This document shows positions 46,734-56,525 of a DNA stretch of 64,000 bases, piece after piece. A program made the translations under genes and the position numbers. The notes below the pieces were generated by a model. That model did no database searches. It saw only the letters and a program-made list of their open reading frames with translations, and was not told the DNA's origin. Source of the stretch: a phage; the sequence record PZ445530.1; one strand, written 5' to 3'. Position 1 is the first letter of the stretch. Every line of letters begins with the position of its first letter.

Positions 46734-47717
46734 TTAACCTTTCACGAAGTGGTTATTAAGCAGTTGTCTGTGCTGAACCCACCCACAAAAGTTGGCAGAC
46801 CAGAATTTACCATCACGGTCTTGATGGGTTACACCTTCCTGCCAAGTACTGATGTCTTGTGTGATTTCACATGAAGACAGGTAGTAGTTTAAACGTTCCA
46901 TTGCATTATCGTGATCCATAGGTGTTGCCTGGTGCTCGTAAGGGCTTGCATGAATACGATCCCCACCAATCAATTTTTTAGCAACACTATCTGCCTTTTC
47001 AAACGTGCTGTCAATATTTCGATAAGATACTTGTGCACAGCAACTAGCACTGATAGACAGAGCTTCTTTAGTATCGAGAATGCAAAGCTTTCCTTCTGTG
47101 TCACGTACAGCGTAGTTAAACTCTCCGTCCAAATAAACGTGCTCTACATATGGGGTGTGCCATTGACCCGGTTTAAGGATTTCAGGAGTGCTATTCTCAA
47201 GAGCCTCCCACATACAATTAGCTAACATCTGAATCGTAGGATCCGCATCGTGCCAGCAACGGAGGTGGAAAAAATTATTCCACTCGGTGCTTGTTACAAC
47301 TGTTTTCATGCGCTGGAACGGCTCCACTAAGCGGTTACATACTTGCTTATGGTAACCAGCAAGGGCGAACTTCTCTGCATGCCAAGCGGCGTTTTTTGCA
47401 GCTTCTTTCCAAAACTCTTCAGGAGTTAGCTCCATGTCAGTGTACTCTACACGGATCTTTTGATCGTGTTCCCCACCATCTTCCATTCCTCGCTTATTTA
47501 CACCGAAGCGAACTGGCATTGCCGGATTCTCCACAATCTGTTGCAGCATCTTGCCGACAGGTACTGCACGGGAAGACATGGCGTTTCTGCTGAACACTCG
47601 GTGCGTCATAAGCTCTGAGTGAATAATTCGAGGATACTCTAGTTCAAAAGTGGTGATACGCTTACCTTTCTCGGAAATGCTGTCAGCAATAATCTTTGCA
47701 GTGCACAGTTTTAGCAT
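46734..47717 (-). CDS. thyX: flavin-dependent thymidylate synthase (ThyX-like)
   Basis: ThyX-type motif ...HRVFSRNAMSSRAV (RHR-x7-S pattern, first residue T) and NRLVEPF. Confidence 0.6.
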   Translation of the reverse strand: MLKLCTAKIIADSISEKGKRITTFELEYPRIIHSELMTHRVFSRNAMSSRAVPVGKMLQQIVENPAMPVRFGVNKRGMEDGGEHDQKIRVEYTDMELTPEEFWKEAAKNAAWHAEKFALAGYHKQVCNRLVEPFQRMKTVVTSTEWNNFFHLRCWHDADPTIQMLANCMWEALENSTPEILKPGQWHTPYVEHVYLDGEFNYAVRDTEGKLCILDTKEALSISASCCAQVSYRNIDSTFEKADSVAKKLIGGDRIHASPYEHQATPMDHDNAMERLNYYLSSCEITQDISTWQEGVTHQDRDGKFWSANFCGWVQHRQLLNNHFVKG

Positions 47718-47917
47718 TATTTAGCTCTCCTTGTTTTAATTTTGGAAATTTCGTCTGGGTTTATGTTGGCCTTAAATGCAAGGTATCTGTTGAACATGTC
47801 AGAGCACATATCTTGGGTGATCCTAGAGGCATACACTAGCTTACCTCCTAGATCATACACCTCTAGCCAGTCACCATATCTGACTACAGGATCGCCACCT
47901 TTAGAACATCTGCCCAT
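47717..47917 (-). CDS. hypothetical protein
   Basis: 66-aa ORF. Confidence 0.4.
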   Translation of the reverse strand: MGRCSKGGDPVVRYGDWLEVYDLGGKLVYASRITQDMCSDMFNRYLAFKANINPDEISKIKTRRAK

Positions 47918-47918
47918 T

Positions 47919-48512
47919 TCAAATACCTTCTAAAAATTTTCCTATTTTATACCAGCTATTAGCGGTATAGTCAACACTGACCTTTAACTCCTCGAATTGC
48001 TCATAAGGCGTATCTTTTAGGATTTTAATAACTTCAGGTCGTGAAGCGAATTGGTTCAGGTATTCATGCCTGTCGTCAATTATAACATCTACAGCCACAT
48101 TCCCTTTGAAATGTGTGGCGTAGAAGCCGTGGCCCTGGGTGTGGTCGTCCAGATCCATAAAATCACTGGTCCAACGCTTTAAGAACCTTGATTTAGATGC
48201 AAGGTGACCTTTCTTGCATACCGAGATAAATGCAAGCTTGTGACCACGAGCCACCAAATCTTTCATAACCTCAATAGCCCCCTCTTCAGGCTTAAGGAAG
48301 TCGTAGAGGAACGGATCACTCCAGAAATCAAAAGGTCCTATGATGTTTTCTTTGGGACGATCAGGCCAATACTTTGACAGATCGTAATACATTAGCCCAT
48401 TAGAAGGTTTAGCTACTGTCTTACTGGCTGGACCATACAAACGCTCCAACCACTCCCACCATGCTGTTCCTGAATCTACCAGTGTCAGATCTACATCAAT
48501 TCCGATTAACAT
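47919..48512 (-). CDS. HAD-superfamily phosphatase (putative 5'-nucleotidase)
   Basis: HAD motif I IGIDVDLTLVDS (DxD). Confidence 0.5.
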   Translation of the reverse strand: MLIGIDVDLTLVDSGTAWWEWLERLYGPASKTVAKPSNGLMYYDLSKYWPDRPKENIIGPFDFWSDPFLYDFLKPEEGAIEVMKDLVARGHKLAFISVCKKGHLASKSRFLKRWTSDFMDLDDHTQGHGFYATHFKGNVAVDVIIDDRHEYLNQFASRPEVIKILKDTPYEQFEELKVSVDYTANSWYKIGKFLEGI

Positions 48513-49120
48513 TCTTCTTGGGCCTCTTTAACATCAATATACTTGCACACAATCTCCGATGCACACTCCCAAGGTGCACCTTCAGGGTTTACAACATCAA
48601 ACTCAACCCCTTTTATTCCGTTCTTTTCCAGACTTAGATAGGTTCTGGAATCATTTCCCCAGTCATATCCTACACGGTGAATACGGAACAACAACAGATC
48701 TCCACCTGTGCTGTATGCGTACTCGCTAAGGCATGCCAGCTCCTCTTTGAATCCCCCATCGGAGTAAACAATAACCCCTTTACCTTCAGGGAAATCTTTC
48801 TTCAAAGATGCGACTGCGGCTTTACCGAAAGCATCTTCACCAAAGATAGGTTTAATCAGATTTTCACTACAATGGATCATCCATTCTCGCGGAGAAACAT
48901 GCTTGCCGTCTATCATTAAGAAAGGGCAAGGCTCTTCTTTGTAGTGGCGGTCATAAAGTGCATTCCAGAGTTGAGGAGTTACACCAGCTGCCTTAATTGC
49001 CACACTGAAGAGCATTTCCTTAACCTCACGGTGGTGTGAGTTAGGAATAGCTTCCAACAAGAGATCTGCAATGTGATCCTTACCACTGCTGGGTGGGGCG
49101 TTAAGAACAATAATATCCAT
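48506..49120 (-). CDS. P-loop nucleotide kinase-like protein (possible dNMP kinase)
   Basis: N-terminal NAPPSSGKD P-loop variant of the SGKD type. Confidence 0.4.
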   Translation of the reverse strand: MDIIVLNAPPSSGKDHIADLLLEAIPNSHHREVKEMLFSVAIKAAGVTPQLWNALYDRHYKEEPCPFLMIDGKHVSPREWMIHCSENLIKPIFGEDAFGKAAVASLKKDFPEGKGVIVYSDGGFKEELACLSEYAYSTGGDLLLFRIHRVGYDWGNDSRTYLSLEKNGIKGVEFDVVNPEGAPWECASEIVCKYIDVKEAQEEC

Positions 49121-49323
49121 TAAAAACCTCCGTGGTATTCTTCAACTGCATCAATAATACTTTTACACTTATCTACCAGCTCGTTAGCCACTACAGCATC
49201 GTCTTCCCAAACAGCCTCCTCAATCTGATCAAGCAATGATCGCATCTTACTCATCATTTCTGGGATAAAGTTTTCTGAAAAGCTGTCTGGAATTGTTAAC
49301 TCTAGTGTCATTTCGGTCTCCAA
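49120..49323 (-). CDS. hypothetical protein
   Basis: 67-aa acidic ORF. Confidence 0.4.
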   Translation of the reverse strand: METEMTLELTIPDSFSENFIPEMMSKMRSLLDQIEEAVWEDDAVVANELVDKCKSIIDAVEEYHGGF

Positions 49324-49338
49324 TCATACTATGCGTTA

Positions 49339-49797
49339 TTAGAAGTTTGTTTTTACACGTCCCTTCTCATCAACCTCGTTGTTAGCTAAAAGCGTTACAA
49401 AGTCTGTGAAACGAACATGAAGAACCCTTTTCTTATCAAGGTATCCTAAAGCCACCCCTGAGAAATTTAGCATCAAAGGGGCTAAAGAAGCTCTGGCACT
49501 GAAATGCTGTTGTTCTACCCTTCCAACACCCTTAGTGTAGGATGGGTTAAGATTGTAAGTTCTGAATCCCAGTTTTGTTGGAGCTTTAGAATTAAAAACG
49601 ACTTTATAGCGTTTCTTACTCAACTTATGCTCCAGGATAAGCATTCCCTTATCACCTTTGATAAGTTGAAAATCTGTAAAGTGCTCTTTTAAGACGAAAG
49701 GTAGTGCCAGTCCCATCGCCTGTCCTCTTTGTACCGCTGTCTCACCAAAAGCTTTTGCATCAGTAAGTTCTTTGGTCAAGTCTATGCTTTTGATCAT
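49339..49797 (-). CDS. hypothetical protein
   Basis: 152-aa ORF. Confidence 0.5.
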   Translation of the reverse strand: MIKSIDLTKELTDAKAFGETAVQRGQAMGLALPFVLKEHFTDFQLIKGDKGMLILEHKLSKKRYKVVFNSKAPTKLGFRTYNLNPSYTKGVGRVEQQHFSARASLAPLMLNFSGVALGYLDKKRVLHVRFTDFVTLLANNEVDEKGRVKTNF

Positions 49798-50608
49798 ACC
49801 TGGTCTCCAAAATGTATTGTAGTTCTTTCTTACCTATACTCTTCATTCCAGCAGTCTTACCTGCTTCTTCTTGAAAAGAAGAATAGCATTCAGCAAACAC
49901 TCTGTCAACACCGTTAACTAAAGATTTTATGAAATATGTTGATTCTTCAGATTTTGGGTCATCATCCCCCAATACTTTTCCAGCATTATACCCAACACGT
50001 CTTACACAGAAGTCGTAGTCATCTGGTGTGCTAAAAGAAAATAACTTATTCTCTCCAATCTCTACAGGATCCCTATTGCACGCCTTTTTCTCCCAAATTT
50101 GGAAAACACATGGCACGTCATAAGGTTTGCCATTAAGTAAAAACGAATTCTTAGGGCACCTTTCGCTGTAGACAAGGTGCATCGACATGTCCAGTTTGTT
50201 TGCAAAAAATATTTTTTCAAATGTCCGTGGCAAGATGAAGGCTATAGCCCCTCCAAGCTCTAGCAATGATGCACAATGGTTAAAGAATTTGCAAGCTAAG
50301 GATGAATTCTTGCCAAATGGTGGGTTACCTATGAAGACATCTGCCTTGGGATGCACCTCCAAGAAGTTTGCCTGAATGCACGGTGTTGGTCCTTCAAATT
50401 CAGGATCTGGTACTAAATCGTACGACAGTATCTCTGAAAATAGTTTTGAAAAAGAACCCCTTCCAGCAGAAGGCTCAACGTATGCACAATTCCCATACTT
50501 ATCTTTTACTTTACCAACAAGATATTCTGCATACTCAGGGTTTGTGTAGTATTTGTCGTTGGACTCTTTCTTGCTCAAAGTGCCTCCAAAAGGAAAAGGG
50601 AGGCGCAA
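49760..50608 (-). CDS. DNA N6-adenine methyltransferase-like protein
   Basis: motif I-like VEPSAGRGSF and motif IV FIGNPPFGK; non-ATG start. Confidence 0.6.
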   Translation of the reverse strand: MRLPFPFGGTLSKKESNDKYYTNPEYAEYLVGKVKDKYGNCAYVEPSAGRGSFSKLFSEILSYDLVPDPEFEGPTPCIQANFLEVHPKADVFIGNPPFGKNSSLACKFFNHCASLLELGGAIAFILPRTFEKIFFANKLDMSMHLVYSERCPKNSFLLNGKPYDVPCVFQIWEKKACNRDPVEIGENKLFSFSTPDDYDFCVRRVGYNAGKVLGDDDPKSEESTYFIKSLVNGVDRVFAECYSSFQEEAGKTAGMKSIGKKELQYILETRYDQKHRLDQRTY

Positions 50609-50623
50609 GCCTCCCTATAATTG

Positions 50624-51607
50624 TTAGATTATCTGAATCAGGGTATTTTTCATTTCTTCTCTGGTGCGGATGTTGTTACGGTCACGAACAACAGATCCAC
50701 AACCTTCGCAGCGGTATGTTTTAAATGCACTCAGTTGAGTATACGCCAAAGCTTCTTCCTCGTGAAGGTGTTCTCCACCACAGCGTGGGCAACGAACTTT
50801 TGGCTCCTCATCCTGGTAGTACAATGACATGTTGGGGTGCTGCTTAGCAAACGGGCGAGCCAGCAAATACAGGCCTTCCAGAGATAGGATATCGCCAACA
50901 TTGTACTCCCGCATCTGTTTAAACGCCTCAAGATCACCGTGAACACACTTGATCCACATTTCAAATGTGTGGTCAATCAGTTTCTGTCGGGCAAGTTGGA
51001 AGTATTTGCATGCATACTCCAAAGTGTTTGCATTCAAACGGAATGCCTTCTTGATCATTTTAAGGGTGTCAACCTCTTTGTAGGGGCTTGTTGGAGGCAA
51101 TCCGTGAAATGCAAATCGTTGGTTGGCCCACCCACAGTCAAAACCTGAATTGTGGGCTACTGCGACATCACATTTATCCAGATAATACCACAAATCCTGA
51201 ATCAATTCGAGATCATTGTGAATATCCTCATCCCACATTTTGTAATCAGGAAGAGCGCAGTCAACCACACTAGGACTGTCTAACCACTTACCTGCGAAAG
51301 TTAGCATGTAGGGCATAATTTCAATACCGCAGGTTTGAATGTTGGTCTTATAGTGCCCAAAGAACCAGCCGTTTGTTGGAGATGTCTCTGTATCATACAC
51401 CCAAACTTTAGCACCTTTGTGCTCTTCAAGGAAGCGCTCCGTTGCTTCTCCTACAATCTCTGACATATTCTCTTGTGCACGTTTAAGCTGTAGTCGGATC
51501 CAGCTCTCACGTGACTCACGGCCTAAAAATTCACGAGCAATTTGTCTATTAGTGTATCCCTGTTGCTTTAGTGTTAAAATTTGCTCAAGAGTTAACTTTG
51601 TCATCAT
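50624..51607 (-). CDS. DEDD-family 3'-5' exonuclease with N-terminal HTH and C-terminal Zn ribbon
   Basis: Exo I VYDTETS, Exo II VAHNSGFD; CPRCGG...CEGCG. Confidence 0.65.
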   Translation of the reverse strand: MMTKLTLEQILTLKQQGYTNRQIAREFLGRESRESWIRLQLKRAQENMSEIVGEATERFLEEHKGAKVWVYDTETSPTNGWFFGHYKTNIQTCGIEIMPYMLTFAGKWLDSPSVVDCALPDYKMWDEDIHNDLELIQDLWYYLDKCDVAVAHNSGFDCGWANQRFAFHGLPPTSPYKEVDTLKMIKKAFRLNANTLEYACKYFQLARQKLIDHTFEMWIKCVHGDLEAFKQMREYNVGDILSLEGLYLLARPFAKQHPNMSLYYQDEEPKVRCPRCGGEHLHEEEALAYTQLSAFKTYRCEGCGSVVRDRNNIRTREEMKNTLIQII

Positions 51608-51619
51608 CGTTAAGATTCC

Positions 51620-51841
51620 TTAGTAAAACTGAAGAATGTCTTTTAAAGCGAAGTCACGATATTCGCCCTTGTCTACATCGAAGGCACGCATCAACCACTG
51701 CTCTTCTTTATGATACTCTGTAGAGCCAAACCATAAATTAGGCTCAGTAACGCAGCGATCTGCAACAACACCTTTCCAGTTACGGTATTTCATCCTGATC
51801 AGGACTGAGTCGCAAGGATTGAATACCTTTTTCATCCCCAT
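51620..51841 (-). CDS. hypothetical protein
   Basis: 73-aa ORF. Confidence 0.4.
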   Translation of the reverse strand: MGMKKVFNPCDSVLIRMKYRNWKGVVADRCVTEPNLWFGSTEYHKEEQWLMRAFDVDKGEYRDFALKDILQFY

Positions 51842-52385
51842 AGAAATCTCTCTCCTCAGTTTTCTTTATAAACTCCTGCATGTAGGACTCAATAGCCTCA
51901 TGCTTGGTGCACTCTGGATTAATGACAAGATTGAGATCTGATTCTGCTCGTGCAATAATCGTAGCTTTAGAGCATCTCCTCAAGAACTTTGTCATATCAT
52001 CTCTGTAGTTTTTGTGGAGCGGGAAGTCGCTGTAGTCTTTCTCCAGATAGTCAGCCATCCGGCGCAACGCCTCTGATAAACTGCAATCTGTATACTCGTT
52101 ACAGTATTTCATCCAGTATTTAAGCACATACCCCTCAAAGGTATTAGTGCACTGAGACAAAACACCCCTGCAACGACCAGTCAGATGATCATGATCTAAA
52201 CAAGGCTTACGAAGTGGCTCGCACAAGATCGGATCAAGACCATCCTGCTCCTCTGACAATTCTTTTCGAAAGTTGGCTATGTCCTTAGAATCTTTTAGCC
52301 ACCCGCTATGAACGGGGGCTTTGACAGCTTTCTTTCTTATTTTACGCTTTGCGATAACCCCTCCAGATGCGCCCTGCCTATCCAA
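51780..52385 (-). CDS. recombination endonuclease VII-like junction resolvase
   Basis: CEPLRKPCLDHDHLTGRCRGVLSQCTN matches EndoVII Cx..C.DHDH.TG..RG.L..CN signature. Confidence 0.65.
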   Translation of the reverse strand: MDRQGASGGVIAKRKIRKKAVKAPVHSGWLKDSKDIANFRKELSEEQDGLDPILCEPLRKPCLDHDHLTGRCRGVLSQCTNTFEGYVLKYWMKYCNEYTDCSLSEALRRMADYLEKDYSDFPLHKNYRDDMTKFLRRCSKATIIARAESDLNLVINPECTKHEAIESYMQEFIKKTEERDFYGDEKGIQSLRLSPDQDEIP

Positions 52386-52966
52386 TAAGCATCTGCGAGA
52401 TCGGCCTTACCTTGTACCAAATTGATCCCATCTAGGAACCCTGGTTCAGATACTTCGCAGGCCTTAACCATCAACTTTTTATCCATCGTAACAGGTTTCT
52501 TCACAGTATGCTCTTTACCTGTCTTTTTGTCAAGCTTTTTCTTCTCCTCAAAAGCAAGTTCTTCAGGAAGATGACTACGAGCAAACTTTTTGGCAGTTGT
52601 TGGTGTCACTGTGTGAACCTTAAACAGGCCGTCATTTTCACAATCAGCTAAAGCATCCCAAAGCATAACTTCGAGACCGTAAAACAACCCAGCCAGTTCA
52701 CGTGTGGCATCCCCGCGAGATCCGAAGGAAAGTCCTTCCATAACCACGGTGTCAACTCCGTGCGTGTGGATATAATATCTGACCTGTTTGCAGATCCAGT
52801 CAATACGCTCAGCAGCTGTTGCAAAAGAAACCGTCCCTGGTTTCTTCTCTTTTGCAGATGAGCTTTGAGTTCGTAACACAACCTTATGAACAGGCTTTCC
52901 ATCGTCCCATACAACGCAAGCTGTGTGTGTCAACGACTGGTCTATGGATAATAGACGCTCTCTCAT
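52337..52966 (-). CDS. RuvC-like Holliday junction resolvase
   Basis: LLSIDQSLTHTACVVWD (Asp), VVMEGLSFG (Glu), ADLADAYWIGRAHL (Asp) in RuvC order. Confidence 0.5.
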   Translation of the reverse strand: MRERLLSIDQSLTHTACVVWDDGKPVHKVVLRTQSSSAKEKKPGTVSFATAAERIDWICKQVRYYIHTHGVDTVVMEGLSFGSRGDATRELAGLFYGLEVMLWDALADCENDGLFKVHTVTPTTAKKFARSHLPEELAFEEKKKLDKKTGKEHTVKKPVTMDKKLMVKACEVSEPGFLDGINLVQGKADLADAYWIGRAHLEGLSQSVK

Positions 52967-53298
52967 ACTTCCTCATCCTCCTCTCCTTCATCAGGAGCAT
53001 AAGCCTTATCTTTGAACAAGACGAGAGAGCAAAGCTTAACATCTGTTTCCACACTGGTGAACATGCATAACCGCTCGCCCTCAATCAGTTCACAATCCTC
53101 TTTTAAAACAGCAGACCATACACGGTCATCTGCGTAATCATCAGTGTACAGGATGTATGAAATGGTGTCATCTTCATACAACCGCCACATACCTGTGGCA
53201 ACAACGAATGTATTTTTTGTTTTAAGTGTCCCTGTTGTATGATCATCCTCAAAAACAGCTTCCATAATTGCACTATCTACAGAATTTTTAGTCATCAA
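52963..53298 (-). CDS. hypothetical acidic protein
   Basis: 111-aa ORF. Confidence 0.45.
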   Translation of the reverse strand: MMTKNSVDSAIMEAVFEDDHTTGTLKTKNTFVVATGMWRLYEDDTISYILYTDDYADDRVWSAVLKEDCELIEGERLCMFTSVETDVKLCSLVLFKDKAYAPDEGEEDEEV

Positions 53299-54434
53299 AT
53301 TGCTCCAACATTTCTAAGAACGTTAACAAGTTTTGTTTGATCATTGAATGTTCGCTTCATATACAAACAGTCAAAAATTATACTCATCCATTGACCTACG
53401 GAAATTCTACGATCAACACCATTGAAGTCAGTATACTTAACAACACCTTTCGGGAACCACTTCTTGTACTGATCAATAATAGCCACCCACATCTCCTTTG
53501 GAGTGCTGCACTGAGACAGTAGGTAGAATGCTGAGGCATCCCCGAACTTACCCTTACCGATAAGTCCTTGATACGGCTTGATATTGTCGGCAGAGTCACC
53601 ACACAGCATTTGGTATCCGAAGAACAGCATTCCGTAACCACCAACCTCTCCATTAGGCTTCATGAAGATGTTCCCCATACCGTTATCGATCAGCATAGGG
53701 GTTTCCCTTACAAAATCTCCCTTATCGTTTCGCATGGGATCGAACACAAGCCCCGGCAGTGTTCTTTGGTCCTTATCAATAGAGATAATAAACTTGTTGA
53801 ACTTACCTGTTTTTTGGTAGTGGTTCCAACCTTCAAATTGCTGGATAGCTAACCAGTCGTCAGCCTCGATACCGTTGATCACTTGAGCATTATACTGCTT
53901 TTGGAGATACTGTCTTGCATCTCCAAGCAGCAGTGGTCGAAGAGTATTGTTACGGTTGGCTTTATATCTTTCCGGCATGGGAAGATCTAGTCTGAAATTA
54001 CCTGTGCCTCCAAGTACCCCCACGCACCGATCTTCCGGAATACCGAGATAATTAAGGACTGCATTAGCTTTACACTTAATTGTGTGCAAGCAGTTCTCTA
54101 CAGGATCAGGGGTTTGGATATCCAAGACATCGAAATCTTCTCGTGTCCACGGAATAAACTCCTTGCCAGCCTTTTTACATGCAGCTTCACGGTTGGTATT
54201 CTCAGCTTTTAACCAACCACCAACGGTGTTCTTCTGCCGCCCCCAGAACTCTGTTCGTGTTTTAAACATCTTCTTACGTCCGGAGGCTTTGTGTGTTACC
54301 TCAATTGTCCTTTTTTCACAACTTGCTGCAGCTTGATATGCAACCTGATCGAAGTCATAATAAACTATAGCGTCAGGTTCAAGAAGATCAGCCAGACAAT
54401 CTATGGACTCAATAAGTGGATATTCTCTACTCAA
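53295..54434 (-). CDS. 5'-3' exonuclease / flap endonuclease (FEN)
   Basis: GIEADDW, SIDKDQ and CGDSADNIKPYQGL match the EADD / DKD / GDxxDNIPG FEN motifs. Confidence 0.75.
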   Translation of the reverse strand: MSREYPLIESIDCLADLLEPDAIVYYDFDQVAYQAAASCEKRTIEVTHKASGRKKMFKTRTEFWGRQKNTVGGWLKAENTNREAACKKAGKEFIPWTREDFDVLDIQTPDPVENCLHTIKCKANAVLNYLGIPEDRCVGVLGGTGNFRLDLPMPERYKANRNNTLRPLLLGDARQYLQKQYNAQVINGIEADDWLAIQQFEGWNHYQKTGKFNKFIISIDKDQRTLPGLVFDPMRNDKGDFVRETPMLIDNGMGNIFMKPNGEVGGYGMLFFGYQMLCGDSADNIKPYQGLIGKGKFGDASAFYLLSQCSTPKEMWVAIIDQYKKWFPKGVVKYTDFNGVDRRISVGQWMSIIFDCLYMKRTFNDQTKLVNVLRNVGAI

Positions 54435-54735
54435 AGACCCTCCTGTTAGTTATTCTGCAAGATGGTTGGATGCTGTAATGGAATGCATCATCACTCTCTG
54501 CAATAAGTGACTCAACATCCCAATACTTTTCAAAAAGGAACGGATTAGACCCCCAGTGGTGGGTTATTTTCATCAAGGAGTCTGATATCATATAACCACA
54601 GATCTTAATTACATCGCCAGGTTGAATTGTGTTTTCATGAAGGTTGCTTGCCTTCTTCAGAATCATACCTTTATGATTCTCGTTTGCATACAACTGGACA
54701 ATATCTTTATCTTCAACAATAAAAATTTTAAGCAT
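54427..54735 (-). CDS. hypothetical protein
   Basis: 102-aa ORF. Confidence 0.45.
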   Translation of the reverse strand: MLKIFIVEDKDIVQLYANENHKGMILKKASNLHENTIQPGDVIKICGYMISDSLMKITHHWGSNPFLFEKYWDVESLIAESDDAFHYSIQPSCRITNRRVFE

Positions 54736-54794
54736 ATCTAGTTCTCCTAGTTTATAGATATCTGACCGATAATATCAGATTAATAACACTTTTG

Positions 54795-55088
54795 TCAAGA
54801 CTTTTTGGTCTTTCTTGGAGAGCTTTTTGTTGATCTTTTCCTTTTGTGGTAGATTCCAAGTGCAGCGTTTTCTTGGGCGCACGTTTTAACAGTTCTCAGA
54901 CAAGAACTTTCAGCTTTAGGCAGGTTTAACTCCCACCAACCAAGCCAGTAAAGTTCTGATTCAGACAACTGCTCAGATTCAGCCTTCCGATACAAGGATT
55001 GCATACCTCTGATGATGTCGTCCAGAGGTGTATCGAATACAAAAGCTGTCTTATCAAATTTCTCTTTTAAAGGTTTCTTAGCCATCAA
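54795..55088 (-). CDS. hypothetical protein
   Basis: 97-aa ORF. Confidence 0.45.
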   Translation of the reverse strand: MMAKKPLKEKFDKTAFVFDTPLDDIIRGMQSLYRKAESEQLSESELYWLGWWELNLPKAESSCLRTVKTCAQENAALGIYHKRKRSTKSSPRKTKKS

Positions 55089-55542
55089 GGTAACCCTCTA
55101 TCCACGAAAAGTCAGTCTTCCATTCTGGAACTTTACTAAGCTCACGCCACTCTGCAAAGCAGTCTCGGTAATACGCCTCTGCCATACCCTTGGTGATCTT
55201 ATTCACCTTAGCCAACTGACTAACTGCCTGAGCATACTTTCCACGGATATTTGCTAACCCAGGATGCACAGATGTGTGACAATCTGGGCACAACGCTATC
55301 AGTCCGACAAGCCGGATCACTCCCTCTTCGAAAGTGTAAAGTTCATGACACTCCACTGGGTGTTTGCTGCCTTTACCGCCGCACACCTCACAGGTGTAGT
55401 TGGCTTCTCTATAGCACTTCTTGCGGATCTTATCCCACTCACTCTTCTTTACAGCGTTTCGGAGGTTATTATACCAAGCTGTTTCTGGGATCAGTTGCAC
55501 AATAAGCCTGCGTTCAGACTTCATTAAACGTCCGTCTTCCAC
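55078..55542 (-). CDS. HNH nuclease-like zinc-finger protein
   Basis: CEVCGG...HPVECHELY...LCPDCHTSVH. Confidence 0.5.
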   Translation of the reverse strand: MEDGRLMKSERRLIVQLIPETAWYNNLRNAVKKSEWDKIRKKCYREANYTCEVCGGKGSKHPVECHELYTFEEGVIRLVGLIALCPDCHTSVHPGLANIRGKYAQAVSQLAKVNKITKGMAEAYYRDCFAEWRELSKVPEWKTDFSWIEGYLDG

Positions 55543-55551
55543 GTATCCCCC

Positions 55552-55758
55552 TTATTCAAAGAAATGGGTGCGAGGGCAGGAACCTGCCTCGCCTTGTTTC
55601 ACAAGCTCGTAGAGCTCACCTTGGCTTGTCTCATAAAGGCAAATACGTTTACCATTGTCCCGATATACATCGACAAGATACGCTGTTTCACCTGCAAACA
55701 CGACACCACAGGCCAGACATGCTGCCATGAACAAAATTGCCAACAGAAAATCTTTCAT
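55552..55758 (-). CDS. putative small lipoprotein/secreted protein
   Basis: signal-peptide-like MKDFLLAILFMAACLACG with possible lipobox Cys. Confidence 0.4.
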   Translation of the reverse strand: MKDFLLAILFMAACLACGVVFAGETAYLVDVYRDNGKRICLYETSQGELYELVKQGEAGSCPRTHFFE

Positions 55759-55826
55759 GGTTAAACCCTCCCTAACATTGTATGAGGTAACAATACCACG
55801 TCCGTGTGGTCATGTCAATGATACTG

Positions 55827-56525
55827 TTACAATCTTTCAGCAAGAGCCTTTGCGTAACACGCTTCAGCAGACTCTTTGGTGTCAAACCTGCCTAGCGTTT
55901 TTCCTCTGAAAGTTACTTTCCATTTGCCCCTATCTGCTTCAAATCTGACACCTCTAGATTTATCCCTCCCTAAAGGCTGTCCACGATATTCCCTGACAAA
56001 CGTGCCACTTTCAAAAGACTTTTGAGCAGCAAGGGCCTCTTCTAAGGTATCGTATTCTCCTAGGTCTTTCTTATAGTAATGACCTACCTTACCAAAAGCA
56101 GCATACCTTCCAGTTCTAGCATGAAAATATACACCCAAGTGTCCAGTGTTAGATTTAGGTATCTTGCGTGCCAGGCATCCGTCATCTGCCGCCTTTTTTG
56201 CGTTTTCTTCTGGTGTTAACAGTTGTAGGTTTTCTATCCTGTCATCAGCAACACCATCGGAATAGAAAAGTGGCTTTATGTGATCAACTTCGTACCCTTC
56301 TGGAATTGGTCCATAATGCATCTCCCACACCAATCTATGCCTGTAGTAATGCACGCCGCGATAGATTATATCCCTGTACCCGTCCATGTTAGTACATCCA
56401 GCCTCCTTTCCCATCAGTTGAGGTTTGTTTTTTGGTGGGGACTTCCAAAACAACCTTCCAGTGCCTGTATCGTATCTAAAGACACTCCACCAGTCAATCC
56501 CGTTACTCATCTGTAACAACTCCAC
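55827..56525 (-). CDS. HNH homing endonuclease
   Basis: HRLVWEMHYGPIPEGYEVDHIKPL...NLQLLTPEENAKK HNH signature. Confidence 0.7.
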   Translation of the reverse strand: MELLQMSNGIDWWSVFRYDTGTGRLFWKSPPKNKPQLMGKEAGCTNMDGYRDIIYRGVHYYRHRLVWEMHYGPIPEGYEVDHIKPLFYSDGVADDRIENLQLLTPEENAKKAADDGCLARKIPKSNTGHLGVYFHARTGRYAAFGKVGHYYKKDLGEYDTLEEALAAQKSFESGTFVREYRGQPLGRDKSRGVRFEADRGKWKVTFRGKTLGRFDTKESAEACYAKALAERL